A DNA stretch of 64,000 bases. Source: a virus (lineage: Duplodnaviria > Caudoviricetes). The notes beneath the pieces are model-generated. The model did no database searches, was not told the origin of the DNA, and saw only the letters and a program-made list of their open reading frames with translations. Position numbers and translations under genes: made by a program. The DNA lies in IMG/VR virus record IMGVR_UViG_2912829908_000001, positions 3,164-67,163 of that record. One strand, written 5' to 3'. Below, in pieces: positions 9,078-19,386 of the stretch (its first letter is position 1; every line of letters starts with the position of its first letter).

Positions 9078-9226
9078 TAGGCGCGTCGCGTCCTCGGAGA
9101 ATGTCGGGGCGGCCGTTAGGTAATCCGTGTCGCGTCGCTACTGCCAAGCGCTGGCGGCGTTTCGGGCGCAGACACCGGCATTTTGCGAGGGCGAAAAGCC
9201 TTAATAAAAACGTAGGGGGAAAACGA

Positions 9227-10006
9227 ATGAGCAAATTTGAAAAAGGTGCAGCGGCGTTAAACGCTTTAAATTCAACGAACGAGGGCGGAAACGGTAAGGA
9301 AACCGAGTTCACAAGTTTTACATCCGGCACTTCCTTTAAAGTTCGCGTTCTCGGTACTGCGGATCTTATCCGATTCTACAACTACGGAATCTATAAAAAA
9401 GTTAACTCGTTCGTGGCTGAAAACCCGAGCACTATGAACGAAAAAGGCTTCCCAGTCGGCAATTACACGCCGTGGGATCTCGCGTGGAAGTACTATCAGG
9501 ATCTAAAGAAAGAAGCCGAAAACAAAGGCGATAGCCATGCGGAAGAGAGATATAAAGAAGAGGCGAGTAAATATCGCGTAAAAGAGCGATATGCTCTCGG
9601 ATTCATCGATCTGGCGACGGGCGAACCGATCATTATCGACCTCTCGAAGAAGCAGGCGCAAACAATTTACGCGGTTATCTTGAAGTATGAAAAGAAACTC
9701 GGAAAGGTTGCGTTCGAGCTTGAAAAGACAGGATCAGGCACGGCAACAACCGTTAGCTTAACGCCTATCATCGACATGGAAGACGATCTAACGGAGAAGG
9801 AGCGCGAGAACTTCGCTAAGTATGCGGATAAAGAATTCGATATGTCGCTGTTTGACGGCCTGCTTTTCGAAGCGGATGAGAAAACTCAGATCGAAAACCT
9901 AGTCGCGGCCGGCTTCGATATCAGCTTAATCGGTCTGTCACTCGGCGGAAATGCTGCGAACGAACCTGAGCCTTGGAAGCCTAGCGACGAAGAATTACCG
10001 TTCTAA
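9227..10006 (+). CDS. phage single-stranded DNA-binding protein
   Basis: acidic C-terminal tail ending SDEELPF, OB-like content; start trimmed to ATG 9227 after GGGGG. Confidence 0.7.
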   Translation: MSKFEKGAAALNALNSTNEGGNGKETEFTSFTSGTSFKVRVLGTADLIRFYNYGIYKKVNSFVAENPSTMNEKGFPVGNYTPWDLAWKYYQDLKKEAENKGDSHAEERYKEEASKYRVKERYALGFIDLATGEPIIIDLSKKQAQTIYAVILKYEKKLGKVAFELEKTGSGTATTVSLTPIIDMEDDLTEKERENFAKYADKEFDMSLFDGLLFEADEKTQIENLVAAGFDISLIGLSLGGNAANEPEPWKPSDEELPF

Positions 10007-10040
10007 TTACGTATCAACCAAACGAAAAGGAGGCGCTCAT

Positions 10041-10475
10041 ATGGCGCATAAATCAGAAGATACCGGCAAGTATTCGGAACTGATCGCTCGTGCTGCGCTG
10101 CTGGCTAGCGGCTGGCAGGCGGTCAGTACGTCCGAAACGGAAGAGGCATTCGATATTAGCGCAAAAGATCCGTTAAGCGGAGAGTGGAAAACGTTTCAGG
10201 TAAAAACGATTTATGATCGGAAGAAGCGCGGCAGCCTCATCGTTCAGGCACGGAAAAGCGACCGGACACCGTATAAGCTCGATGAAGTCGATTACTTTAT
10301 CGGCGTGCTGATCGGCCGCGGTCCGGTGCCTACCGTGTGGATGTTCGAGAATCGCGAGCTTACCGAGTATTGGGGGCCGCAGTCGAAGGACGGCAAGCGG
10401 TGGGTACGGATGGATTTGAACTTCCGGCGGGAAGACGTAGAGCTTACGGAAATTAACGAATCGGAGGCGGTATGA
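10041..10475 (+). CDS. PD-(D/E)XK-family endonuclease
   Basis: GKYSELIA...FDI...FQVKT pattern; RBS AAAAGGAGG. Confidence 0.65.
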   Translation: MAHKSEDTGKYSELIARAALLASGWQAVSTSETEEAFDISAKDPLSGEWKTFQVKTIYDRKKRGSLIVQARKSDRTPYKLDEVDYFIGVLIGRGPVPTVWMFENRELTEYWGPQSKDGKRWVRMDLNFRREDVELTEINESEAV

Positions 10476-10726
10476 TGGCGTGGTTTAAATACAGCGATAT
10501 GAGCACGGGCGGCTATGCGAAAAGTGATTACGGGGCTATTTTCGTTGAGGCTCACAATGAGTACGAAGCTAACGATATCTTTGAAAGTGAGCTTGACCTC
10601 GATCCTTACGGCGTTGCTTGCGATTGTTGCGGTAATGATTTTTGGATATCAGAGGTCGAAGCTGACTACGTTGAGGGTTACGCGCAAAGAGAAGACGTTC
10701 TTGTGCTTAAAAAGGAGGCGGTGTGA
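10472..10726 (+). CDS. hypothetical protein with CDCC motif
   Basis: coupled ORF. Confidence 0.7.
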   Translation: MMAWFKYSDMSTGGYAKSDYGAIFVEAHNEYEANDIFESELDLDPYGVACDCCGNDFWISEVEADYVEGYAQREDVLVLKKEAV

Positions 10727-10995
10727 TGGCGGAATATAAACTCTTTAAAGTCGGATTAAACGGCTATTACGACATTATTGCCGCTGAAACAGAGGAGCAA
10801 GCACTGGCGCATCATCTCGACTTAGTGGGGCCGGACGACTACTCCGAAGATGAAATGCCGGAAGTTTCCGAAGTGGGTACGGACACCATGGAGAAATTTG
10901 AAACGGAAGCGGGCGGATTTGAATACATGACATACGCGGAATTCCTAGCGGATTTTAAATACGAGGAGCCAGCAATTGTTTGCTGGTTCGAATAA
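10723..10995 (+). CDS. hypothetical acidic protein
   Basis: coupled ORF, RBS AAGGAGG. Confidence 0.7.
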   Translation: MMAEYKLFKVGLNGYYDIIAAETEEQALAHHLDLVGPDDYSEDEMPEVSEVGTDTMEKFETEAGGFEYMTYAEFLADFKYEEPAIVCWFE

Positions 10996-11008
10996 GGAGG
11001 ACGAACGG

Positions 11009-12277
11009 ATGGCGAAATTAGACGGCGTTAAGACACTCGATATGGTGAACGGTGAAATTACGAAGGTTGCGTATGGCGGTGCGGAGTATGTGAAGACGGA
11101 AGGTTTACCGAAGGAAAACGACCTGGTAATGTCCGAGGAAGGCGGTTACGACATTACCTGCGGCGCTTTCTACAAAATTACGGAGGATGCCGACCATGAG
11201 GAAGACGTTAGATTCTTGGACGACGTAGATGATGGGCGTGTTAGAGATGCCGACGATTACGTACTCTTCCGCAAAGTATCCGCCAGCACCGATCCGTCCT
11301 TAGAAGAACGCGTCAGCTCCGCGGAAGGCGAAATCGAATCGTTAAAATCCGACGTGGCTGCTTTGAAGGGTGAAGCGGGGTACGTACGGATTGACAAAAG
11401 CGAAGCGCAGGAAGGCGATTATATTAAGTTCGATGAGGCTCCTAGATCTTATCTAACCGCGGGCGAGTATTACGAAATTGATTACGTTGATTCGCACGGA
11501 GATCCTCAGATCACTGACGATGACGGAGACGAATTTGATACGTACTCTCTGGACCATTGCGAATTCGAAGTCTACCGCAAAGTCAGCGCCGCAAGCGTAG
11601 AAGCTGAGCGTCTGAAGGTCGGTGATTATGCGAAGGTGGTCGGTCAGGCTATTGTCACCGAAAAAGGAGAAATCGTTAAAGTAATTCAAGATACGGGTGC
11701 GATCATTCCTTTTAAGGTCGAAACTATGGACGGTAAATACACGGAATGGCGTTCAGAAGCATCACTCGTCCGCGCCACTGACGAAGAAGTTGCCGAAGCT
11801 AAAGACACAGCAGCACGCGCTAAATTTAAAAGAGGCGATAAGGTGCGGTTGCTTTCAGGCGGCGGAGACTACCCTCTTAGCGGATTTGAGAACGATAAGA
11901 TTTACGAGGTTTTATATAATAACTTCAATCACCCTAAGGGTAAACGTATTCGAATCGCTGACAGTACCGAGAGGTTCGGCTACGCAACGCCAGATCAGCT
12001 CGAAATTTTATCCGAAGAGGAAGCCGCCGAAATCGAGCGCAAGCAAGCCGAAGAAGCGAAGTGGGCGAAGATTGGGCGCAAGGTTGGCGAGTATAAGAAA
12101 GGCGATATCGCAAAACTAACAATCAGAAGTGGCGATATTTTCTTCGGTGAGATTACCGGACTTAGAGGAGGCAACTACTACGGTTTCAAGCATTTGCACG
12201 CTAAATACGGAACTGCGTCTGAGAATACGCGAGATTTAACACTCATCACGCCAGTCGAGGCACGCTTTGACCGCTAA
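11009..12277 (+). CDS. multi-domain protein with repeated SH3/KOW-like units
   Basis: EAQEGDYIKF, LKVGDYAKV, FKRGDKVRL, YKKGDIAKL repeats; RBS AAGGAGG. Confidence 0.75.
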   Translation: MAKLDGVKTLDMVNGEITKVAYGGAEYVKTEGLPKENDLVMSEEGGYDITCGAFYKITEDADHEEDVRFLDDVDDGRVRDADDYVLFRKVSASTDPSLEERVSSAEGEIESLKSDVAALKGEAGYVRIDKSEAQEGDYIKFDEAPRSYLTAGEYYEIDYVDSHGDPQITDDDGDEFDTYSLDHCEFEVYRKVSAASVEAERLKVGDYAKVVGQAIVTEKGEIVKVIQDTGAIIPFKVETMDGKYTEWRSEASLVRATDEEVAEAKDTAARAKFKRGDKVRLLSGGGDYPLSGFENDKIYEVLYNNFNHPKGKRIRIADSTERFGYATPDQLEILSEEEAAEIERKQAEEAKWAKIGRKVGEYKKGDIAKLTIRSGDIFFGEITGLRGGNYYGFKHLHAKYGTASENTRDLTLITPVEARFDR

Positions 12278-12446
12278 GCCGGCCGCCGTCTGCGCCGCAT
12301 GTAACGCTAACCTCTACGAAGGGCGATCCGCAATTTACGACTCGCTCTTCGAGGTATATTCGTGCGGGCCGTCTTGCTGGTCGGAGTGGTATGCGGAGAA
12401 CGAAGCGGATTATAAACGAAGATGGACGGAGGCGGTCGATTTATGA
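12267..12446 (+). CDS. small Cys-rich (Zn-binding) protein, 59 aa
   Basis: hand-translated MTAKPAVCAAC...SCGPSCW; TTG start. Confidence 0.6.
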   Translation: MTAKPAAVCAACNANLYEGRSAIYDSLFEVYSCGPSCWSEWYAENEADYKRRWTEAVDL

Positions 12447-12598
12447 GGACGAAAGTAGACCGAACAGGTTCGTACATTACAGGTGCATTATGCGTAGGGG
12501 TGGGCGTGCTATCCGCAGTTAATGCGGAATGGTTCGGCGTTATATCGTGTGGATTGTTAGCGGCTATATTCGGAGTTGTAAACTACCACGTAAAATAA
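12443..12598 (+). CDS. small membrane protein, 51 aa
   Basis: hand-translated MRTKVDRTGSYITGALCVGVG...; ATGA coupling. Confidence 0.6.
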   Translation: MRTKVDRTGSYITGALCVGVGVLSAVNAEWFGVISCGLLAAIFGVVNYHVK

Positions 12599-12632
12599 CC
12601 CGCAATTACTTCGCGAGGAAGGAGGACGACGG

Positions 12633-14873
12633 ATGGAAGGCTTACGGTTAAATATGAACGCGATTAAGCCGGCGGCGCCGAAATCGGGCGCAGTAGAGGC
12701 GACGGCCAAGCGGAAGGCGAAAGCCAAGACCGCCGAGCCGATCGAGGAAAGCTGGCGCAAGATACTCGCGATGAAGCTATCGGATGCCGATCGCAAAAGG
12801 GTAACGGAAGTCAAGGCGGCCATGGATGCGGGCAAGCTGGCGCGCGATCCGGCTGACTGCGTGAACAAGGCCGGCAATCCTAAAGCGTTCAGCAAGGCGG
12901 AGGCGCTCCGATTATGGAAGACGCTTCAGGAAGCCCAGCGCGAAGAAACCTTGCGGCAGATGGTCGAGAACACGCCGGATAATTACTGGCTGATTACGGA
13001 TGACGAACTTTTTAACGAATTTCTGGCGCTGCTGGCTGACGAAGAAGAGATCGTATTCGACGTAGAGACGACGGGCGCTGATACGTGGGAAGACCGCATC
13101 GTAGGTAACGTGATAAGCGCAGTCAAGGCGAATATACACGCTTACATTCCGACTAAGCACGTTACAGAGGCGCCACAGCTACCGCACGATTACGTTATGG
13201 CGAAGCTGAAGCCGATTTACGAAGATGCTTCCATTAAAAAGATCGCACATAACGGTAAATTCGATATTCACATGTTATCACATGAAGGCGTTACGCTGCG
13301 TGGCTTGGCGTGGGATACGCAGTTCGCGATGCATATTCTTAACGAAAATGAGCGTGTGACTGGCGGATCTTACCGACTGAAGGATCTCGTTACTAAATAT
13401 CTCGGCATTCCTTCGCAGACATACGATGAGTTGTTCGGTAAGGCCGGCTTTCACGAGGTCGCCGATTTAAGAGTCGCGCTGGCTTATGCTGCAAAAGACG
13501 GTGACGTTACGCTTAAATTGCGAAAATTCCAACGGGAGCACTTACGAAAAATCGGACTACTCGAATACTACGAACAAGTCGAGAATCCAACGATCGGTGT
13601 GTCGGTCGAGATGGAGGCGGCCGGCTTCGTACTGGATATCGAGAAGGCTAAAACGTTGGGCGCCGAGCTGAAAGCGGAACTGGTCGACATCGAAGAGGGT
13701 TTACGTAACCATTTCGGCGAGATTAACTTCAATTCGCCGGCGCAACTATCGGAAAAGTTCTTCGATGAATTAAAGCTCGACCGTTACTTGCCGAAGGGTT
13801 TCAAGAAATCGACTGACGTTAAGACGTTGAAATTACTGGCGCCACATCACGAAGGAATTAAGCTCTTGTTATCTTATCGCGAGAAGACGAAGCTTCTCGG
13901 AACGTATATCGAAGCTTTGCCGCAACAGGTAAAGGCAGACGGACGCATTCACGGGAACTTCAATCAAACGGGCACCGTGACCGGACGCTTTTCTTCGAAC
14001 AATCCGAACCTACAAAACCAACCGTACTTTGCGCGTAAGTTATTCGTTGCTCCTCCGGGTCAGGTTATTTTATCCGGTGACTTCTCGCAGCAGGAACCGA
14101 GATTTCTATCACATTTTACTGGCGAAGAAGTCCTCGTAAATGCTTACCGTGAAGGACGCGATCTTTATTCAACGGCTGCCAGCGAATTATTCGGCTTGCC
14201 GATTGAGGAATGCGGTGACGGTTCTAAGTATCGGAAGATGATGAAAACAGGCATACTCGCGGTTATGTACGGAACTGGCCCGAAAACACTTGCCGATCAG
14301 CTGGGCATAACAGAGAAGGAAGCGAAGGACTTTATCGCTCAGTTCTACGAAAAATACCCGAAAGTTAAGGCGTGGATTGACGGCAACGAGCAATTTGCAA
14401 AGCGTTATGGATACGTTCAAATGTTTCACGGACGAAAGCGTAGGCTCCCGGAAGCTAAATCGCGCGACCGATTTACACAGTTCCGAGCAATGCGCCAAGC
14501 TACAAACGCGATTATCCAAGGCAGCGCGGCCATACAGACGAAGCTAACGATGATCGAACTGCAGAAATTATGCCGCCGCAAAGGATGGGCGATGGCTTTC
14601 TCGGTACACGATGAGGTTGCCGTCTATGCTCCGGAAACTTTAACGCGTGAAGATGTAGCGGATTTCGAGGCGGTGATGCTAAATACATTGCGGCTAGATG
14701 TGCCGAATAAGACGGATATCGAGATCAGCCGAAGATGGGGCGAAGGGATGAAAGTAAACGAATTTTTCACTGGCGAAGTCATTCGCGATGATTACCCTAA
14801 AGTGGCCGATTATGAAAAACAAAAACGGATTGTTAGCGAAGGCTGGCAAGGAAAAACGAAAGGGGACGATTAA
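12633..14873 (+). CDS. polA: family A DNA polymerase (3'-5' exonuclease + polymerase)
   Basis: FDVETTG ExoI, TGRFSSNNPNLQN, DFSQQEPR motif A, RKMMKTGILAVMYG motif B, VHDE motif C. Confidence 0.95.
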   Translation: MEGLRLNMNAIKPAAPKSGAVEATAKRKAKAKTAEPIEESWRKILAMKLSDADRKRVTEVKAAMDAGKLARDPADCVNKAGNPKAFSKAEALRLWKTLQEAQREETLRQMVENTPDNYWLITDDELFNEFLALLADEEEIVFDVETTGADTWEDRIVGNVISAVKANIHAYIPTKHVTEAPQLPHDYVMAKLKPIYEDASIKKIAHNGKFDIHMLSHEGVTLRGLAWDTQFAMHILNENERVTGGSYRLKDLVTKYLGIPSQTYDELFGKAGFHEVADLRVALAYAAKDGDVTLKLRKFQREHLRKIGLLEYYEQVENPTIGVSVEMEAAGFVLDIEKAKTLGAELKAELVDIEEGLRNHFGEINFNSPAQLSEKFFDELKLDRYLPKGFKKSTDVKTLKLLAPHHEGIKLLLSYREKTKLLGTYIEALPQQVKADGRIHGNFNQTGTVTGRFSSNNPNLQNQPYFARKLFVAPPGQVILSGDFSQQEPRFLSHFTGEEVLVNAYREGRDLYSTAASELFGLPIEECGDGSKYRKMMKTGILAVMYGTGPKTLADQLGITEKEAKDFIAQFYEKYPKVKAWIDGNEQFAKRYGYVQMFHGRKRRLPEAKSRDRFTQFRAMRQATNAIIQGSAAIQTKLTMIELQKLCRRKGWAMAFSVHDEVAVYAPETLTREDVADFEAVMLNTLRLDVPNKTDIEISRRWGEGMKVNEFFTGEVIRDDYPKVADYEKQKRIVSEGWQGKTKGDD

Positions 14874-15932
14874 TTGACGAACGCAAACGCACGATCAGCC
14901 GCAAACTCACTACGCGCCCAATTATCGCCGGCGCCCGAACCGACCGGCTATGCACAGCAGATTGCGGATGAACTCATCGAATATCTAAACGAATGGCACT
15001 CGCTTCCGGAAACGTGGGATAACGCACTGGACGCGCAGATACACCGATGGTACGCAGACGCTCCGAAAGTATTTCCGAAGAAGCCGTATTTCTCGCCGTC
15101 ATCTGCAAACGCATGTCCACGTGAACTTTACCATAAGGCGCTAGGCGATCCGCGGGACGTAACTCGCAAGCCTCCGTATCAGGGACGCTGGACCCGTATC
15201 GGAACGGCAATCGGCGATGTGATTCAGCGTGATCTGCTCTTTATGGAAAAACATTTCGAAAAGAAAGTCGGTCGGCCCTGCCCGTTCAGCTTCGAACGCA
15301 ATCCGGACGGCACGCCGATGTTCGAGGACTTCGCTAAGCGGAACCATAAGATCGAGCGCGGCGGCAAGACGTTTCATCTCTTCGGAACATGTGACGGCAT
15401 CATACGCTATGTCACCGAGGATGGCGAAGTATTGCGCGTGGGCCTCGAAATCAAGTCGAAGCAAACAAGCGCGGCCCGTACGTCTTTCTATTCGCTGAAG
15501 AAGCCGGATGAAAAGCACGTTAAGCAGTGCGTCGCTTATGCGGAGATGTATGGCGTCGACTTATACGTAATCCTCTACGTAAACGCGTCTAAGAAGGCGT
15601 GGGAGTATGAAGAAGGAGAATTCGAAAAGTCGCCGGACATCCGGGCGTTCGGCCTTGAAATCGGACGCGATGACATCGACGTGCTGCTCGATAGATTCGT
15701 AGAAATTCAGAATTCGATTGACGACGGAAAGCCAATGGCGGTCGACCTTAACGGTTGGACATTCAACGGATACAAAACGGCCATAGCGCGGTCACTTACG
15801 GCGGCCGAGCTGGAAGCCATCCGCGATAAGGTTTCGCGAGTCAAACGGTCGAACGTCTTTGATTCTACGAAAAGGCAGTACGCCGGGGCGCTAGAGTTTA
15901 TCGAAAAAGTACGCAAAGGGGAGGCGGTCTGA
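14874..15932 (+). CDS. PD-(D/E)XK exonuclease (Cas4-like/RecB-like)
   Basis: FSPSS..CPR, GTCDG, LEIKS, QCVAY. Confidence 0.75.
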   Translation: MTNANARSAANSLRAQLSPAPEPTGYAQQIADELIEYLNEWHSLPETWDNALDAQIHRWYADAPKVFPKKPYFSPSSANACPRELYHKALGDPRDVTRKPPYQGRWTRIGTAIGDVIQRDLLFMEKHFEKKVGRPCPFSFERNPDGTPMFEDFAKRNHKIERGGKTFHLFGTCDGIIRYVTEDGEVLRVGLEIKSKQTSAARTSFYSLKKPDEKHVKQCVAYAEMYGVDLYVILYVNASKKAWEYEEGEFEKSPDIRAFGLEIGRDDIDVLLDRFVEIQNSIDDGKPMAVDLNGWTFNGYKTAIARSLTAAELEAIRDKVSRVKRSNVFDSTKRQYAGALEFIEKVRKGEAV

Positions 15933-16093
15933 TGGTGAGATTTGTTATTTATACAGTAATTGCGGTATTGTTATCGACTCTCGTTACCTTTTTGATATCG
16001 CTAATTAATCCGGAAGCGGGCGGCATACTATCGGTTCCTATCTCCCTTATTTTAGGGCTCATCGCAGGGTGGAAGGCGGTATTAGATGACTAG
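15932..16093 (+). CDS. small membrane protein, 53 aa
   Basis: hand-translated MVRFVIYTVIAVLL...; two hydrophobic helices. Confidence 0.65.
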   Translation: MVRFVIYTVIAVLLSTLVTFLISLINPEAGGILSVPISLILGLIAGWKAVLDD

Positions 16094-16649
16094 CGCCAAG
16101 CCTATCCGATGCCTCGCGTTCGATACGTCGATGACCTGCCCCGGCGTCGCGATAATCGAGGTACGCAATCGAAAGCCTACGATTAAAGCGCTGTCACACG
16201 TGAAGCCGAATTCTAGCCGATCACACGCACACAGGGCGGAGGTTATCGAAGGGTGGGCGATGATGTTTCTCGACAAAAACTATCCGCGAGATGGCTTCGA
16301 CTATGTGGTGCGGGAAGACTTCGCGGGCAAAACGTCGACCTCTAACTATCCGGTGCTGGCGGCATGGAACGCGTGTGAACGGGCGACGTCGCGCTTCGGA
16401 CTGACATTCGATAAATATTGGAAGACACCGAACGCAAAGCAGCCACAGCTCGGTATCTCAGCAACACGTGTTAAGGCGTTGGTTGCCGGATCAGGTAGTG
16501 CAGAAAAGGACGCAGTAAAGACGGCGGTACGGCATATGACCGGATATACCGGCGAGTTCGCTAATTTCGATGAAAGCGATGCGGCTGCGATCGGACTTGC
16601 GTGGCTAATTCATGTGGGCGAAATAGATAAACCGAAGGAGGACGAATAG
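16086..16649 (+). CDS. RuvC-like Holliday junction resolvase
   Basis: LAFDTS..GVAII, VVRED, FDESDAAAIG. Confidence 0.8.
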   Translation: MTSAKPIRCLAFDTSMTCPGVAIIEVRNRKPTIKALSHVKPNSSRSHAHRAEVIEGWAMMFLDKNYPRDGFDYVVREDFAGKTSTSNYPVLAAWNACERATSRFGLTFDKYWKTPNAKQPQLGISATRVKALVAGSGSAEKDAVKTAVRHMTGYTGEFANFDESDAAAIGLAWLIHVGEIDKPKEDE

Positions 16650-16847
16650 ATGAATCAAGGATATTTTTTAATCGCTGGTAAAACGGAGGGGTTTAGTTAC
16701 GAGGATGCTAAAGTTCTTCGCTGCGGCTCCGAGATCGATGCAGAAAGCCTTGTTAACTCACTTAGACACGAAGGCTATTCGATCTTTTACGTCACTAAAA
16801 CCGTCGATCGAATTGATGATAACGCGACTATCGGGGAGGGCGAATAA
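16650..16847 (+). CDS. hypothetical protein
   Basis: RBS AAGGAGG. Confidence 0.7.
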   Translation: MNQGYFLIAGKTEGFSYEDAKVLRCGSEIDAESLVNSLRHEGYSIFYVTKTVDRIDDNATIGEGE

Positions 16848-17099
16848 ATGGGCAAATACGAACAATACACGCTAGGTATTTTCGGAGCGATTTCTGAGGT
16901 CTTTAACGAAGAATCCGACCACTTTATTGCGGAATTAGAGGACGTAGACTTAACGGAATTCTTTACTGCCGCAAATGTGGCGCTTCTCTCTATGTTCAAC
17001 GAATTTACAGGCGAACAAAAGAATGCGTTGGAATTTACGCATGTGCTCAACGGATTGGCTGCGCAGAAGGCGGTCGAGTCCGTAAGGGAGGCGAAATAA
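16848..17099 (+). CDS. hypothetical protein
   Basis: RBS GGGGAGG. Confidence 0.7.
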   Translation: MGKYEQYTLGIFGAISEVFNEESDHFIAELEDVDLTEFFTAANVALLSMFNEFTGEQKNALEFTHVLNGLAAQKAVESVREAK

Positions 17100-17461
17100 T
17101 GGACCGCATAATAAAGTGGGGGACGATCGCAATGATTGCGCTGGCTGTGTTTGCTTTCGTGGTAGCAGCGCCGGCATATACGATTGCGGCTTACCGTAAC
17201 GAAAATACTTACGTAATAAAGGTTACGGATAAAGAAACGAAAACCTCCAAAGATTCCTCGAAGTATCTGATTTTCGGAGATGACGAGAAAGGTAACGCAA
17301 AAGTGTTCGAAAACACAGATGCAATATTTGCGCGGAAGTTTAATTCCAGTGATCTGTACGCGGAGATTGAAGTCGGTAAGACGTACGAATTTAAAACGAT
17401 CGGCTTCCGTATTCCATTCATGTCGAGCTACGAAAACATAATGACGGTAAAGGAGAAGTGA
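17099..17461 (+). CDS. membrane-anchored phage protein (DUF1523-like)
   Basis: N-terminal TM; VFENTD..F..KFNSSDLYAEIEVGKTYEFKTIGFRIPF. Confidence 0.65.
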   Translation: MDRIIKWGTIAMIALAVFAFVVAAPAYTIAAYRNENTYVIKVTDKETKTSKDSSKYLIFGDDEKGNAKVFENTDAIFARKFNSSDLYAEIEVGKTYEFKTIGFRIPFMSSYENIMTVKEK

Positions 17462-17465
17462 TCGG

Positions 17466-17711
17466 ATGTTTAAGCGGAGGTTACTCGAAACGCTTTCGTG
17501 GATATGTTCAGGTGTGGCGTATCTGGTACCCGTTAGCTTAATGATTTGGTCTGCGGGGTTTCCGGTGGTGAGGACGTTGGTTATAGTAGTCTCCGTATTC
17601 GGACTGCTTCTCGTCGGGCTTTACGGAATCGTCCGGTTTATCTTATGGCTCATCGTCGAACCCTACCGCGCGTATAAACGCGAGCGCGAAACGGAGGGAA
17701 CGGCCGAATGA
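17466..17711 (+). CDS. small membrane protein
   Basis: two hydrophobic helices. Confidence 0.65.
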   Translation: MFKRRLLETLSWICSGVAYLVPVSLMIWSAGFPVVRTLVIVVSVFGLLLVGLYGIVRFILWLIVEPYRAYKRERETEGTAE

Positions 17712-17893
17712 TTCACGGAGCGACTGACGAAGGTTTGCGGAATATGAGACGCTGGCTTAACGAAAAACTGATCGAAAGTGATACCGCCATTAGCTTCCAC
17801 GACCGGAAACTGATCGAAGAACGTATCGAGCGCGAACGGACACAGGCGCGTCTGGACGAAGTAGAGGCGGAAATTGAGAGACGGAAGGGGTGA
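17708..17893 (+). CDS. hypothetical coiled-coil protein
   Basis: coupled ORF. Confidence 0.65.
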   Translation: MIHGATDEGLRNMRRWLNEKLIESDTAISFHDRKLIEERIERERTQARLDEVEAEIERRKG

Positions 17894-17897
17894 GCGT

Positions 17898-18254
17898 ATG
17901 CTGATCGCCTATTACTCGCTGACAGGCAACGTCCGCCGATTCGTCGCTAAGACCGGTCTGGCCGCCGTCGAAATTAAGCCGGGCCTGATGCTCGCCGAGC
18001 CGTTCGTATGCGTGACCGGTACGTATGGCTTCGGTCAGGTCGCCGGTACGGTTTCGGATTTCCTTGCGGATAACAGCGACTATCTGGCGGGTGTGGCTGC
18101 GTCAGGCAATCGTGCATGGGGCGGAAACTACGCAAAGGCGGCGGATGTGATTGCGGCGCAATACGGCGTGCCGGTGGTCGGGCGTTTTGAATTAGCGGGC
18201 ACGGACGAAGATGTACGACAATTTATCGAAAGGGTGAACGCGCTTGACGAATAA
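17898..18254 (+). CDS. nrdI: class Ib RNR flavodoxin NrdI
   Basis: YYSLTGNVRRF, VTGTYGFG, ASGNR..G..Y, FELAG. Confidence 0.92.
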   Translation: MLIAYYSLTGNVRRFVAKTGLAAVEIKPGLMLAEPFVCVTGTYGFGQVAGTVSDFLADNSDYLAGVAASGNRAWGGNYAKAADVIAAQYGVPVVGRFELAGTDEDVRQFIERVNALDE

Positions 18255-19386
18255 ACACGCAAGCTATATCGAACTTAATAACGAAATCATGATACAGAAG
18301 GACGGCCGGTTCCAATTCGAAAAGGATATCGAAGCCGTCCGCGCTTATTTTATCGACTACGTAAATCAAAACACCGTATTTTTCCACGACCTTCGCGAAA
18401 AGCTCGACTATCTGCGCGAGAACGATTACTACGAAACCGAATTCCTTGACGCATATACGTTCGATGAAATCAAGGCGGTTTATCAGGCGGCCTATGCGCA
18501 CAAATTCCGATTCCCTTCGTTCATGAGCGCGTTCAAATTCTATAACGACTATGCGCTGAAGACGAACGACGGTAAGAAGATTCTCGAACGCTACGAAGAT
18601 CGCGCTTCTATTGTCGCGTTGTTCTTTGCGGGAGGAGACGCAGACAAGGCGATCGAGTACGTAGATTTGATGATGCGGCAAGAATACCAACCGTCAACGC
18701 CGACGTTCTTGAATGCGGGCAGGAAGCGTCGGGGCGAATTAGTTTCGTGTTTCCTGCTCGAAGTGGGAGACTCGCTGAATGACATCGAAAGGGCCGTCGG
18801 GATCTCGATGCAGCTATCGAAAGTAGGCGGAGGCGTATCGTTGAATCTATCGAAGATTCGCGCGAAAGGTGAATCGATTAAGGGCATCGAGAATGTAACG
18901 AAAGGCGTCGTCGGAGTTATGAAGCTCCTCGATAATGCATTCCGATATGCAGATCAGCAAGGTCAAAGACAGGGGTCGGGCGCGGCGTACCTAAACGTAT
19001 TCCATGCGGACATCCACGACTTCCTTGATACGAAGAAAATCTCGGCAGATGAAGACGTCCGTGTCAAAACGTTGTCCATCGGCGTTGTCATCCCGGATAA
19101 ATTCATCGAACTGGCGCGAGAGAATCGGCCGGCATACGTTTTCTATCCGCACACCGTTTACAAAGCGTATGGCCAACACTTAGACGAAATGGATATCGGA
19201 GAGATGTACGATCAGCTCGTCGACAACCCGGCCGTCCGTAAAGACAAAATCGATGCACGCAAGCTCCTCGAAAAGCTCGCCGTGTTGCGTTCCGAATCGG
19301 GCTATCCGTACATCATGTTCGAAGGCAACGTAAACGCGGAGCATGCTAACAATCACATTTCGAAGGTAAAGTTTTCAAATTTGTGT
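18244..19386 (+). CDS. nrdE: class Ib RNR alpha subunit NrdE, exon 1
   Basis: YQPSTPTFLNAG, LVSCFL, ends KFSNLC at the splice site. Confidence 0.92.

Noticed and set aside
8996-9226. Arg-rich N-terminal extension of SSB
   Set aside because: It overlaps a small membrane gene and a GC-rich gap; the RBS is at ATG 9227.
14874-15932. cas4 / CRISPR adaptation gene
   Set aside because: Cas4-like nucleases are common beside phage polymerases, and there is no other cas gene or array.
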